A stretch of 64,000 nt of DNA from an uncultured Actinomycetota bacterium (GTDB lineage: Bacteria > Actinomycetota > Actinomycetes > JAFAQI01), in the NCBI GenBank assembly GCA_963770565.1, contig CAVYQE010000002.1:384001-448000 (forward strand), in the 5' to 3' direction. Position 1 is the first letter of the stretch, and each line of letters starts with the position of its first letter. Positions 23,646-33,747 of this stretch are shown here, one piece after another. A program made the position numbers and the translations under genes. The notes under the pieces are model-generated. The model was not told where the DNA came from. It saw only the letters and a program-made list of their open reading frames with translations, and searched no databases.

Positions 23646-23717
23646 ACTTCGGAGCCTATTCGGCGCGAATCTCAGCGGCGGGTCCGAGCAGTCAAACGAC
23701 CGCCGGGGCGCGACCGG

Positions 23718-25166
23718 TCAACCGACCGGCTGGGTGTCCTCCACCTCGGCCTCGACCGGAACGGCCGGCCGCGAGCCGGTCACGGTCGGCAGCCTGACCT
23801 GCACGACCGCACCGCCACCGACCCGGTTCGTCAGCGTCACCGTGCCGTTGTGGCCGTCCACCACCTGCTTGACGATCGCCAGACCCAGCCCGGAGCCGGG
23901 CATCGCGCGGGCTTCATCGGCGCGGTAGAACCGGTCGAAGACGAACTCGATCGCGTCGTCGGGCACCCCCGAGCCGCGGTCGGCGACGGTCAGCAGGCCA
24001 TCCGACTCGAGCGTGGTGTCGACGACCGCCCCGGGCGGGGAGAACTTGCCCGCGTTGTCGAGCAGGTTCGCGATCGCGCGGTCGAGCCGGCCGGGCACCC
24101 CGCGCACCGTCACCGGCTGCACGTCGAGCATGAAGATCACCTGCGGCCAGTGCCGACGGGCGCGGTCGACCGCCTGCGACACCAGGTCGTCGAGGGCAAC
24201 GTCCTCCTGTGCCGACTCCGGGGTGTCACCACGCGCCAGCTCGACCACGTCCGCGACCAGCCCGGTCAGCTCGTCGAGCTGAGTCACGACCCCGTCGAGC
24301 AACGCCCTACGCTGGTCAGCGCTGAGCCGGTCGACGTCGTGCAGCACCTCGACGTTGGTCCGCAGGCTGGCGAGCGGGGTGCGCAGCTCATGACTCGCGT
24401 CAAGGATCAGCTGTCGTTGCTGACCAAGTGAGCGTTCCAGCGCATCGAGCATCGTGTTGAAGCTGCCGGCCAGTCGCCCGAGCTCGTCGTTGCCGTACTG
24501 CTCGATCCGGGTCGCGAGGTCGCGAGTGACCGCGATCTGCTCGGCGGCCTCGGTCAGCCTGGCGACCGGCCGGGTGGTCCGGCGTACGACGAACCAGGTG
24601 CCCGCCGTGGCCATGCCGAGGCCGGCCAGCACCAGGACGATGAAGGCGAGAGTCAGCTTGTGCAGCTCGCTGTATGCGGCCGTCAGTGGCAGCGCGACCT
24701 GAAGGGCCACCAGCTGACCGTCCTGGTTCACGCGCTGAACCGTCAACACCCGCAACGGCGTACCGTGCAGGTCGATCGTGTGCAACCAGTGGCCACCGTG
24801 GGTCACGATGTCGATGTCACGCTGTGTCACCGGCAGCTTGAATCCGTTGGCGGAGAAGAAGAACTCGCCGTCCGAGAAGACCACTTGGGCATCACCGGTG
24901 CTCTGCCCGGGGTCGGCGCGGACCCTGGGTTGCTGGCCGCTGAGGTCGATCGAGCTCTGGCTGCTCGCCTGCACCCGCAACTGGCCGTCGATGTTGCTCA
25001 ACAGCTCGTGCCGCACTGCGATGTAGGCAACCGTGACGACCGCGATGATCGCGAGAGTGGCGGACATCGCGGCGGCCGCGGTCAGCCTGGTGCGAAGCGG
25101 CTGGTTGCGCCAGCGCATGTCGACGTCGCGGACCCCGCGTCGGACCACGGGAATGGGGCCGGTCAC
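23718..25166 (-). CDS. mprB: HAMP sensor histidine kinase (MprB-like)
   Basis: Two [35 protein letters not shown]. Confidence 0.88.
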   Translation of the reverse strand: MTGPIPVVRRGVRDVDMRWRNQPLRTRLTAAAAMSATLAIIAVVTVAYIAVRHELLSNIDGQLRVQASSQSSIDLSGQQPRVRADPGQSTGDAQVVFSDGEFFFSANGFKLPVTQRDIDIVTHGGHWLHTIDLHGTPLRVLTVQRVNQDGQLVALQVALPLTAAYSELHKLTLAFIVLVLAGLGMATAGTWFVVRRTTRPVARLTEAAEQIAVTRDLATRIEQYGNDELGRLAGSFNTMLDALERSLGQQRQLILDASHELRTPLASLRTNVEVLHDVDRLSADQRRALLDGVVTQLDELTGLVADVVELARGDTPESAQEDVALDDLVSQAVDRARRHWPQVIFMLDVQPVTVRGVPGRLDRAIANLLDNAGKFSPPGAVVDTTLESDGLLTVADRGSGVPDDAIEFVFDRFYRADEARAMPGSGLGLAIVKQVVDGHNGTVTLTNRVGGGAVVQVRLPTVTGSRPAVPVEAEVEDTQPVG

Positions 25167-25858
25167 GGCTCCGCTCGCAGGACGTACCCCACCCCGCGGA
25201 CGGTGTGGATCAGCCGCGGCTCGTCGGCCGCCTCGGTCTTACGCCGCAGATAACCGACGAACACCTCGAGGGAGTTGCTGGTCGGCTCGGACTCCCAGCC
25301 CCAGACCCGGTCCATGATCGTCTCGCGCGGCAGCGGACGTCCGGCGTTTCGCAGCAACAGCTCGAGCAACGCGAACTCCGTGCGGGTGAGGTCGATCGGT
25401 CGACCTCCACGGTGCACCGTATGGGCCGCCGGGTCCAGCACGATGTCCTCGTACTCGAGCACGGCGGCGTCGTCGCCACCGTCGGTGGCCGTGCGACGGA
25501 GCAACGCGCGCAGGCGGGCCCGCAGCTCTTCGAGCGCGAACGGCTTGGTCAGGTAGTCGTCGGCACCGGCGTCGAGCCCGGCCACCCGGTCGCCGACCTC
25601 GTCGCGGGCGGTCAGCACGAGGATCGGCAGCTTGTCCTTACGGGCGCGCAGCGTACGGCAGACGTCGAGTCCACCGACGTACGGCATCATCACGTCGAGG
25701 ACCATGACGTCGGGCCGGTGCTGGCCGACCGCCTCCAGCGCCTTGACGCCGTTGCTGGCAGTCGTCACCCGGTAGTCGTCGAGCTCGAGTGCTCGCGTCA
25801 ACGCTTCCCGAAGCTGCGGGTCGTCATCGACGACAAGCACCTGTGGCCCGGCTTGCAT
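25163..25858 (-). CDS. mprA: OmpR-family response regulator (MprA-like)
   Basis: [38 protein letters not shown]. Confidence 0.88.
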   Translation of the reverse strand: MQAGPQVLVVDDDPQLREALTRALELDDYRVTTASNGVKALEAVGQHRPDVMVLDVMMPYVGGLDVCRTLRARKDKLPILVLTARDEVGDRVAGLDAGADDYLTKPFALEELRARLRALLRRTATDGGDDAAVLEYEDIVLDPAAHTVHRGGRPIDLTRTEFALLELLLRNAGRPLPRETIMDRVWGWESEPTSNSLEVFVGYLRRKTEAADEPRLIHTVRGVGYVLRAEP

Positions 25859-25861
25859 CAG

Positions 25862-27133
25862 CTATCCCTGTGTCGAGGATTCGGTCGTCAAGGTTGCGGT
25901 CACGGTCTTGCTCGAACCGCCGCGCTGGACGGTCACTGTGACCTGCTGATCAGGCTGATGCGACCGAATCGCGGCGATGACAGCATCGGAGCCCTCCGTG
26001 GTCGAGCCGTCGATGGCGGTGATCACGTCACCCACCTTGATACCAGCCTTGGCGGCCGGGCCCCCGGCTGTGACGGTGTGGACGACCGCCTTGTCGACCC
26101 CGTTGCTGGAGTTCGTGTCCTCGAGGGTGACCCCGAGCAGCGGGTGCACGGCGTGCCCGGTCGTGATGAGCTCGGTCGCGATCGTCCTGGCCTGGTTGAT
26201 CGGGATCGCGAATCCGACCCCGATGTTGCCGCTCTGCGAGCCGCCGATGCTGGCGCTGCTGAGCGATGCGATCGCAGAGTTGATCCCGATCACCTGGCCC
26301 GCGGCGTCGACCAGCGCACCACCGGAGTTGCCCGGGTTGATGGCTGCGTCGGTCTGGATCGCGTCGATGACGGTTGGGTTGGCGCTCTGGGTCGAACCGA
26401 ACGGGTTGAGGGACTGAGACTCGGCCTGGGTCACGACCGGCCGGTTGAGGGCGGACACGATGCCCGCGGTCACGGTGCCGCTGAGACCGAGCGGAGAACC
26501 GACCGCAAGCACGGCGTCGCCGACCTGGATCGACGAGCTGTCACCGAGCGATGCCGCCGTCAGGCCGCTCTTCGACACCTTGATCACCGCGAGGTCATCG
26601 AGGGAGTCGGTGCCGACGATCCGGGCGTTCGCCGTCGAGTTGTCGTTGAAGGTCACCGAGACCGAGCCGCCGTTCTCAGCGGCCGCGACGACGTGGTTGT
26701 TGGTCAGGATGTAACCGTTGGAGCGCAGGACGACGCCGGAGCCGGTGTCGGACTCACTCGCTCCGCTCACGTTGATGGAGACGACGGATGGCAGGACGGT
26801 CGCGGCGATCCCGGCGTACGACTTCGGGCTGGTCGTCAGGGCGCTCGGTGATGCCGGCGGAACAATCGAACCAACAGGCACCGTGGTCGTGGTGTTGCCC
26901 TTGTTGAGCAGCTCAGCACCTACGGCGACACCGCCGGCGCCGAACACGAACGCGGTCAAGGCCACCATGGCACCGGCGCCGAGCTTGCGCGACCGGCCAA
27001 GTCCGGTCGGCGCTGCCCCCGGCGCGCCGATCGGCTCGGTGGGGTATGCCGAGGTCGGCATCGGCTCGCTCGGCCGCGCCGCGTGGTCATCGTCACCGCC
27101 GGACAGGGGTGGCCAGAACAGGTCGTCGCTCAT
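25862..27133 (-). CDS. HtrA/PepD-like serine protease with PDZ domain
   Basis: TNNHVV, DLAV, TDAAINPGNSGGAL, PDZ; one TM. Confidence 0.94.
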   Translation of the reverse strand: MSDDLFWPPLSGGDDDHAARPSEPMPTSAYPTEPIGAPGAAPTGLGRSRKLGAGAMVALTAFVFGAGGVAVGAELLNKGNTTTTVPVGSIVPPASPSALTTSPKSYAGIAATVLPSVVSINVSGASESDTGSGVVLRSNGYILTNNHVVAAAENGGSVSVTFNDNSTANARIVGTDSLDDLAVIKVSKSGLTAASLGDSSSIQVGDAVLAVGSPLGLSGTVTAGIVSALNRPVVTQAESQSLNPFGSTQSANPTVIDAIQTDAAINPGNSGGALVDAAGQVIGINSAIASLSSASIGGSQSGNIGVGFAIPINQARTIATELITTGHAVHPLLGVTLEDTNSSNGVDKAVVHTVTAGGPAAKAGIKVGDVITAIDGSTTEGSDAVIAAIRSHQPDQQVTVTVQRGGSSKTVTATLTTESSTQG

Positions 27134-27177
27134 CTCAATCCTCCGTCGTCGATCACCTACGACGGTGCCTACCCCAA

Positions 27178-27194
27178 CTGAATTATTGCTGAGA
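27178..27194 (-). promoter_or_regulatory. Putative MprA box upstream of htrA-mprAB
   Basis: Minus strand TCTCAG-CAATA-ATTCAG, an 11-nt-period hexamer repeat matching TCTCAG-N5-TCTCAG. Confidence 0.6.
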
Positions 27195-27244
27195 GTTCAC
27201 CGGGAATGCCCCCGAACGCTGTGAATCAGGTAACACTGGAGACA

Positions 27245-27973
27245 ATGACTGAGCCACGCGAGGTCGCGAGCGCCGCGTACAACGCGGGGCTCCGCGCGGT
27301 GGAGCGCGCCGGCGACGCGATGGGCGAGGCGGTTGCCATCGCCAAGCCCAAGCTGCGCGGGTGGCTTCACCTCGTCACGTCGCCGCTGGCGCTCGTGGCC
27401 GGCGTCGTACTCATCGTGCTTGCGCCGACCTTGCCGGCCAAACTGGCGGCGCTGGCGTACGTCGCCACCGCTGTCATCCTGTTCACCACCAGCGCGATCT
27501 ACCACCGCGGCAAGTGGTCGGCCAGGGCCGAGATCAGGCTGAAGCGCCTCGATCACGCCAACATCTTCCTGCTGATCGCCGGCACCTACACGCCGTTCGG
27601 CGTGCTCGCCCTCAGCGGCGACACCCGGATCGTGGTGCTCGCCACTGTGTGGGGCACCGCGCTCCTCGGGGTGGTGTTTCGAGTGCTCTGGGTCGACGCG
27701 CCGCGCTGGCTGTATGTCGCGCTGTACCTGGGTCTCGGCTGGGCGGCCAGCTTGTTCGTGCCCGAGCTGATTCGCGGTGCCGGTGTGCCGGCCTTCGTAC
27801 TGGTCGCGGTCGGTGGGTTGTTCTATACCTGCGGCGGCGTCGTGTACGGCTTGAAGCGACCCAACCCGAGCCCCAAGTGGTTCGGCTTCCACGAAATCTT
27901 CCACGCCTGTACGGTCGCCGCGTTCACCTGCCAGTACGTCGCCGCGTCGTTCGTCGTCTACCGCGCTGCCTAG
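27245..27973 (+). CDS. Hemolysin III / PAQR family membrane protein
   Basis: KPKLRGWLH, SAIYH, RLDHANIFLLIAGTYTPF, FHEIFH. Confidence 0.93.
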   Translation: MTEPREVASAAYNAGLRAVERAGDAMGEAVAIAKPKLRGWLHLVTSPLALVAGVVLIVLAPTLPAKLAALAYVATAVILFTTSAIYHRGKWSARAEIRLKRLDHANIFLLIAGTYTPFGVLALSGDTRIVVLATVWGTALLGVVFRVLWVDAPRWLYVALYLGLGWAASLFVPELIRGAGVPAFVLVAVGGLFYTCGGVVYGLKRPNPSPKWFGFHEIFHACTVAAFTCQYVAASFVVYRAA

Positions 27974-28126
27974 CTCGCCGCAGCCCCGACCGTCGCGCGG
28001 ATTTCACCCGACTGGCGCAACGTTGGCAGGTCGGGTGCGTCACAATCGTGGGGCGGGGACGGTTCGGACCGGTCGGCATCGCGCTGGACGGAGCGCGGTC
28101 GGACGGAGTGAGGCAGGTCGAGGTCG

Positions 28127-28768
28127 ATGAAACTCATCAAGCATGGCCACGCGTGCGTCCGGCTCGAGGGCTACAACGGCACCCTGGTGATCGACCCGGG
28201 CGGCTACAGCGAGGACGCCTCGGTGGCGAACGTCGACGCCATCCTCATCACCCATGAACACTTCGACCATTTCGCCGAAGATCGGGTCCGGGCCGCTCTC
28301 CAGGCCAATCCCGGTGTGAACATCTGGACCGTGGCTGCAGTCGCGCAGAAGCTGGTCGGGCTGGGCTCAGCACTGCATGTCGTCGGCGACGGTGACACCT
28401 TCACCGCCGCCGGCTTCGACATCGAGGCGCACGGGGTCTGGCACGCCGAGGTGCATCGCGACATCCCGCGGATCACCAATACGGGCTTCCTCATCGACCG
28501 GCACCTGTTCCATCCCGGGGACGCGCTGACGGTGCCCGACAAGCCGATCGAAACCTTGCTGCTGCCCGTCCACGCGCCGTGGTCGCGGACCGCCGACCTG
28601 ATCGACTGGGTTCGGGAGATCGGGCCCAAACAGGCGCTCGCGATCCACGACGGCGCGCTGAACTCGATCGGACTCGCCCTCGTCGGCGGCCTGCTCGGCG
28701 ACCACGGCCCCGGGATCGGCGCGGACTATCACCGCCTCGATGTCCACGACTCGGTCGAGTTCGGCTGA
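28127..28768 (+). CDS. MBL-fold metallo-hydrolase
   Basis: GHACVRL, IDPG, THEHFDH, HPGD, IHDG. Confidence 0.9.
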   Translation: MKLIKHGHACVRLEGYNGTLVIDPGGYSEDASVANVDAILITHEHFDHFAEDRVRAALQANPGVNIWTVAAVAQKLVGLGSALHVVGDGDTFTAAGFDIEAHGVWHAEVHRDIPRITNTGFLIDRHLFHPGDALTVPDKPIETLLLPVHAPWSRTADLIDWVREIGPKQALAIHDGALNSIGLALVGGLLGDHGPGIGADYHRLDVHDSVEFG

Positions 28769-28769
28769 G

Positions 28770-28812
28770 CCGGAACGAGCAACCGGGTATGGCTTACCCG
28801 GTTGCCTTCCGG
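28770..28812 (+). terminator. Hairpin after the MBL gene
   Basis: GCAACCGGGTA-TGGCT-TACCCGGTTGC, extended by CCGGAA/TTCCGG. Confidence 0.6.
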
Positions 28813-28852
28813 ATGCCATGATCATCGGCGGGGGTAGCAGAAGAGGGCGGCC

Positions 28853-30349
28853 ATGCGTTCACGGGGGCTTGCGCTGCTGGCAACGGCATCCGTCGTCGCG
28901 ATCATCGCCGGAACGGCAACGAGCGCCGTCGGGCGGCCGGCCATGCCACCCAGGTCGGCGCCGCCGCCGATCGGGTACGTCTACGCCTCGACGATCTCGG
29001 CGATCGACATCCTCGCGGTCCAACCCAACCTCAGCCTGAAGAAGATCGGCTCGGTCACGACCCAGGATGTCCACGTGCTGGGGCTGGCGATCCTGCACAC
29101 ACCCGGTGGAGTGCACCTCTATGCGCTCGAAACCATCAGCGGCGCCTTCGGCTTCATCTACGAATACAGCGTGCACACCTCGACGGGGAGGCTCACGCCT
29201 GACAAGACCAAGCCGGTCGCGGCGGTCGAGGGCTCCACGGACAATGGCCTGCTCGCCTATGACGGCTACGCCGTCAACAAGTCGTACAAGTCGGAGCTGT
29301 TCTCCAGGAGCATTTGCGCCGCCGGGCCGTGCACGAGCGGGCAGACCGGATTCGCACAGTTCACCGTCAACCCGAACACCGGTGAGCCGCACCTGGTCGC
29401 CCCAGCAACCAACCAGGACATCTACGACATGTCGAGCAATGGCAACGAGATCGACCTCGTCCTACAAGCACCGCAGGGAGGAGCGAAGGTCGTGGCCCTG
29501 GAGGTGGTGCCGAAGACCGGCCACCTGGTGGGCGGTTCGCCTTTCACCCTCACCTACAGTTCCAAGTTGACCCCGGCGTTCGCCAATGTCAGCGCCACCG
29601 AGCCCGATCGAGTCGGACTGGGCAATCTGACCATCGCACCGGACACGGCCGGAGCCGGGGTCTACGGCAGCAGCGGCACAACGCTCACCAACGGCGGTGG
29701 GACCGAGGAGGCGTCGTCTGCAAGCCAGATCACCTCCCTCACCTTCACCAGACATCTCCTGCTGGCCGGAGAGACCCTAAAGAGCAACGGCGGACCGCAA
29801 CTCGAGGTGTTCTCGCCGGACGGAGCGGGTTCCGAAGGGGTCGTGAACCTGACCGACAAGCCGTACGGCCTGGCGACCGGCAACAACTTCCCGATCACGA
29901 TGTTCACGCTTGGCGACGGGATCTACATCGGGCTCTACGACGGACCGGTGGTGCAGGCAACTGAAGGAGTGGGCGGCAAGGGACTGGCGATCAGCAAGAC
30001 GCACCCGACGGTGGCCGGCACCTTCCAGGCGTACGCGATCACCGGTTACCTCTTCCCGCACAAGTCGAAGACATTGACGACGATCCACGTGAAGATCAGT
30101 GGCGGCAAGGTGCACGTCTCCGGCGCGGTGGCCGCGGGCGTCGCCGGCGTCAAGGTCACCGTCGACCTCGAGCGCCGCAGCGGCGGGACGTTCCACACCC
30201 TGCACACCACGAAGGCGAAGCTGTCGGCGGGAAAGAAGTACGCCGCGGCGCTCGCGCCGGTCAAGGCCGGCCAGTGCAGGGCGGTGGCACGCTATCCCGG
30301 TACGTCGACGACCGCGGCGTCCTCGGCGTCGAAATCGTTCACCTGCTGA
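28853..30349 (+). CDS. Secreted beta-rich hypothetical protein with an Ig-like C-terminus
   Basis: Signal peptide, G/T/S-rich beta strands, basic C-terminal domain ending SKSFTC. Confidence 0.78.
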   Translation: MRSRGLALLATASVVAIIAGTATSAVGRPAMPPRSAPPPIGYVYASTISAIDILAVQPNLSLKKIGSVTTQDVHVLGLAILHTPGGVHLYALETISGAFGFIYEYSVHTSTGRLTPDKTKPVAAVEGSTDNGLLAYDGYAVNKSYKSELFSRSICAAGPCTSGQTGFAQFTVNPNTGEPHLVAPATNQDIYDMSSNGNEIDLVLQAPQGGAKVVALEVVPKTGHLVGGSPFTLTYSSKLTPAFANVSATEPDRVGLGNLTIAPDTAGAGVYGSSGTTLTNGGGTEEASSASQITSLTFTRHLLLAGETLKSNGGPQLEVFSPDGAGSEGVVNLTDKPYGLATGNNFPITMFTLGDGIYIGLYDGPVVQATEGVGGKGLAISKTHPTVAGTFQAYAITGYLFPHKSKTLTTIHVKISGGKVHVSGAVAAGVAGVKVTVDLERRSGGTFHTLHTTKAKLSAGKKYAAALAPVKAGQCRAVARYPGTSTTAASSASKSFTC

Positions 30350-30350
30350 G

Positions 30351-30560
30351 TCAGCGGGCGCGGGCGAAGCACATCTTGCAGGTCACCAGGCCGATCGGCC
30401 GGGCCGACCATCGCATCGAGTCGAACCCGATGACGTCGTCACCGAGCGCGCGACCGCACAGCGTGGCGCCCCGGCCGTCGAGATAGGCGTGCAACTCGCC
30501 GCGCGGGATGGGGCGACCACGTGACATCACGACGGACGTCGCGGCGACGCGATAGACCAC
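30351..30560 (-). CDS. Small putative zinc-binding protein (69 aa)
   Basis: GGGAG RBS then GTG; ELHAY...TLCG...W...CKMC. Confidence 0.55.
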   Translation of the reverse strand: MVYRVAATSVVMSRGRPIPRGELHAYLDGRGATLCGRALGDDVIGFDSMRWSARPIGLVTCKMCFARAR

Positions 30561-30824
30561 GATGCACTCCCGTCGCTGTCGCCGCGGGAACGGCTGCTGG
30601 ATGCCCGGCGCCTGCGGTGCCGCCGGGCCGGCTGGGCCCGGCACCACGTTTCGCCCCGGCCATGAACATTGCCAACACCATGCCGACCGGCAGCGATGCT
30701 GCGCACCAGGCCCCGATGGCATATCCGGCGATCCGCATGGCGTCAGCGTGTGCGACCGATGCGTACGCGAGCCCAACGCCATCTGAACCGCGGGTGAAAC
30801 CCCCGCTTCGGCGAAGATGGGCTG

Positions 30825-31307
30825 ATGAACACGCACATCGCGGTCGTCGGCGCGAGCGAGGCCACCGACGCCGAACTCGCAATCGCGACCGAGCTCGGAC
30901 GGCTGATCGGATCGCGCGGCTACGTTCTCGTCACCGGCGGCCTCGACGGTGTCATGGCCGCCGCCAGCCGCGGCGCGAAGGACGCCGGCGGCGTCAGCAT
31001 CGGCCTGCTGCCAGCCTTGGACCGCTCGACGGCGAACGAGCACCTCACCGCCGCGATCCCGACCGGCCTGGGCGAGTTGCGGAACGGACTCGTCGTACGG
31101 AGCGCGGACGGCATCATCGCGATCGGCGGGAGCTGGGGCACGTTGAGCGAGATTGCGCTCGCGATGCGCACCGGCGTACCCATCGTCCGAATCGGCGGCT
31201 GGTCCCTGACCGACGAGCAGGGTACGTCGATCGACCTGCCGTCTGCCGACAGCGCGGAGGATGCGCTTCGACAGCTCGAGGCGACGCTCGAGAACCGTGC
31301 GGGCTGA
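30825..31307 (+). CDS. TIGR00725 family (LOG-like Rossmann fold) protein
   Basis: TGGLDGVMAAA, TGLGELRN, GGSWGTLSEIA. Confidence 0.88.
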   Translation: MNTHIAVVGASEATDAELAIATELGRLIGSRGYVLVTGGLDGVMAAASRGAKDAGGVSIGLLPALDRSTANEHLTAAIPTGLGELRNGLVVRSADGIIAIGGSWGTLSEIALAMRTGVPIVRIGGWSLTDEQGTSIDLPSADSAEDALRQLEATLENRAG

Positions 31308-31333
31308 GTTCCGGCGCCGTCGCTGGGCCGACG

Positions 31334-32335
31334 TCAGGTCGTCGCAAGCAAGACGGCGACAAACGCCGCGTAGCCGGCGATGATCAGCCATCCCGCGCTG
31401 CGCTGAAGCCCGCGGGCCCAGTAGGAAAGCACCAGGGTGAGCGCGGTGAGGCCGACGTACCAGCCGACCACGATGTAGCCGGACGCGGCCGGCCGGGCCA
31501 AGCCGATGAAACTCGCCGGGATCAGCAGACCGGCAGTGACGTTGATCGCGTTGGAGTTGAGCGCGGCGCTGAAGGCAGCTGCGCCGCGGCCGCGGCGGGC
31601 CAGGTAGGTAGCCGCGACCGCGTTCGGGAGGCTCGTGACAGCGGCAAGAACCAATCCACCAACGACGATCTGCGCCACGTTGTAGCGATGCCCCAGGTGT
31701 GACGCACCCTGCTCCATGGCGATGCTCGCCGCCACCACGACCGCCAGCGCAATACCGGCGACCACGGCATCAACGCCCGACCCGCGCGGTGGGTTGATCG
31801 CCTCTTCGAGCTCGCGTTCCTCCTCGACGATCGCGGCGGTGAGCCAGTCGACCCACGGCCGCGGCAGCGGAAGCCGGCTCAGCGTCGAGTGATCGACGCT
31901 GAGCGCGAGGAGGTACGGGATCAGCACGACGAGGACCGCAACCAAGGCGATCGCGGGTCCGGCCACGCCAGCCACTGCAAGCAGGCAGATGACCGCGATC
32001 ACAATCGCGATCGCGCCGCCGAGCACCACAACCTTCCGGTCCAGCCGGATCCGGCCGGCCACCACCGCACCGAGCCCGAGCAAGGCAGCCAGGTTGAAGA
32101 CATTCGAGCCGATCACCACGCCCGCTCCGATCGTGCGCTGATGGTGGGCCAGCGCCGTCACCGACGCGGTGATCTCGGGAGCATCGGCCGCGAGTGCGGC
32201 CACCATGCCCAGCAGCGCCTCCGAGGCCCCGAGCCGGTCACCTACCCGCTCCAAACGGGTCACCAGCAGCCAGCTCGTGACCAGGCTCGCCACCGAGCCC
32301 AGCACGAACGCAATGATCGAGGTCTCCACCGTCAT
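31334..32335 (-). CDS. Sodium:calcium (CaCA) antiporter
   Basis: Alpha repeats ADAPE...GSNVFN and TSLPN...NSNAIN; about 10 TM. Confidence 0.85.
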   Translation of the reverse strand: MTVETSIIAFVLGSVASLVTSWLLVTRLERVGDRLGASEALLGMVAALAADAPEITASVTALAHHQRTIGAGVVIGSNVFNLAALLGLGAVVAGRIRLDRKVVVLGGAIAIVIAVICLLAVAGVAGPAIALVAVLVVLIPYLLALSVDHSTLSRLPLPRPWVDWLTAAIVEEERELEEAINPPRGSGVDAVVAGIALAVVVAASIAMEQGASHLGHRYNVAQIVVGGLVLAAVTSLPNAVAATYLARRGRGAAAFSAALNSNAINVTAGLLIPASFIGLARPAASGYIVVGWYVGLTALTLVLSYWARGLQRSAGWLIIAGYAAFVAVLLATT

Positions 32336-32415
32336 CGCCGCTCAGCCCGCCCCGCGCACGATCGTGACCCTAGCCATCGGGCCCGCCAATTGCGTTTCCC
32401 GGAGGGTCGGGATAA

Positions 32416-32437
32416 CGTACAACCAAATGGTTGTACG
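32416..32437. promoter_or_regulatory. Palindromic ArsR-type operator
   Basis: CGTACAACCA-AA-TGGTTGTACG, a perfect 10-bp IR overlapping the arsR start. Confidence 0.78.
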
Positions 32438-32774
32438 AATGGAAACGGACGTCGACGTGGATCGGATCTTCCACGCCCTCGCCGATGCCACCCGACGAGA
32501 CATCCTGGTGCACGCGATCCAGCGTGAACAGTCCGTTTCGACCCTCGCCCGCCGCTATCGGATGAGCTTCGCGGCCGTTCAGAAGCACGTCGCCGTGCTC
32601 GAGAAGGCCGACCTGGTGACGAAGCAGCGGCACGGCCGGGAGCAGATCGTGCACGGAAATCCCACCACCCTGCGCCGGGCCACCGAGCTGCTCGAGACCT
32701 TCGAGCAGCTGTGGATCCAGCGCGCCGACCGGATCGCCGACCTGCTGGCCGGCGAGGAAGGAAACCCCTCATGA
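32427..32774 (+). CDS. ArsR/SmtB family transcriptional regulator
   Basis: FHALADATRRDIL, SFAAVQKHVAVLE; start at 32427 or 32439. Confidence 0.9.
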   Translation: MVVRMETDVDVDRIFHALADATRRDILVHAIQREQSVSTLARRYRMSFAAVQKHVAVLEKADLVTKQRHGREQIVHGNPTTLRRATELLETFEQLWIQRADRIADLLAGEEGNPS

Positions 32775-33265
32775 CCGTGATCAGCAGCACCAAGGACCCT
32801 GCCAGCCTGACCCTCACGGTGGTCGCGGAGTTCGACGCCGAGCCGGCCCGGGTGTGGCAGGTCTGGGAGGACCCGCGCCAGCTCGAACGTTGGTGGGGCC
32901 CGCCGACGTACCCGGCGACGTTCACCCGGCACGACTTCCACGTGGGCGGCGAGTCCCGCTACCACATGACCGGGCCGACCGGTGACACTCCGCGCGGCTG
33001 GTGGCGGATCAACGCGATCGACAAGCCGCACCGGCTCGACTTCGCCAACGGCCTGGCCGGCGACGACGGCGAGCCAGCACCGGGAGTCGAGCCGATGGCG
33101 GGCTACGTGACCTTCGAGCCGACCGAGGCCGGCACGCGGATGACCGCGGTCACACACTTCACCGACCCGCAGCAAATGGAGAAGATGCTCGGCATGGGCA
33201 TGCAGGAAGGGATGACCGCAGCCGTCAGCCAGATCGACGAGGTCCTGGTCTCGGCACCGGTCTGA
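32771..33265 (+). CDS. SRPBCC/AHSA1 domain protein
   Basis: VWQVWEDPRQLERWWGP, YHMTGP, GMQEG; ATGA overlap with arsR. Confidence 0.9.
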   Translation: MTVISSTKDPASLTLTVVAEFDAEPARVWQVWEDPRQLERWWGPPTYPATFTRHDFHVGGESRYHMTGPTGDTPRGWWRINAIDKPHRLDFANGLAGDDGEPAPGVEPMAGYVTFEPTEAGTRMTAVTHFTDPQQMEKMLGMGMQEGMTAAVSQIDEVLVSAPV

Positions 33266-33747
33266 CCACCGACGGACCTCACTTCACGCGCGAGCCGCCG
33301 GACAGTGTGGTGGCCCCGACCGACGCCGCGCATCCAAAGGCGACGGCCGGGGCCTACTGACCCCGCCTCACGGCGCGAGACCAGCCCACCCCCGAAGCCT
33401 CGGCAGATCGACCGACTGCCTTGACGAAGCACGTGCCCGTCGACGCCTTGGTCGTGTAGTCAGTTCTGCTGACTTTCCCTCGTGGGGTGGCTTCCTGCCG
33501 GTATCGCGTCTATGGTCCGGTACATACCCCGGGGGAAGGGGCAGAGCTCCGAGTGCCGGAGCAGGCAGGTCTCGGGACGCTCGTCGGGTCGGTCGTCGGC
33601 CCCGGCGCCCGAGCCGAAGTCCGTACTCAAATCACGGGGACCGGATCATCCCCTTGCTGGTCATCCGCGCTGCGGTCGAGTTGTGCCGTCGGCGCCCATG
33701 GGCTGCACCGGCGGTGCAAGGACGCGTGACCAAACAAAGGATCGCCC

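Noticed and set aside
27245-27973. Hemolysin III as a toxin
   Set aside because: PAQR/TrhA-type proteins are widespread membrane-homeostasis proteins; the name is historical.
33524-33538. ATACCCCGGGGGAAG as a CsoR/RicR copper operator
   Set aside because: The right half departs from TACCCC-N2-GGGGTA and no copper gene is adjacent.
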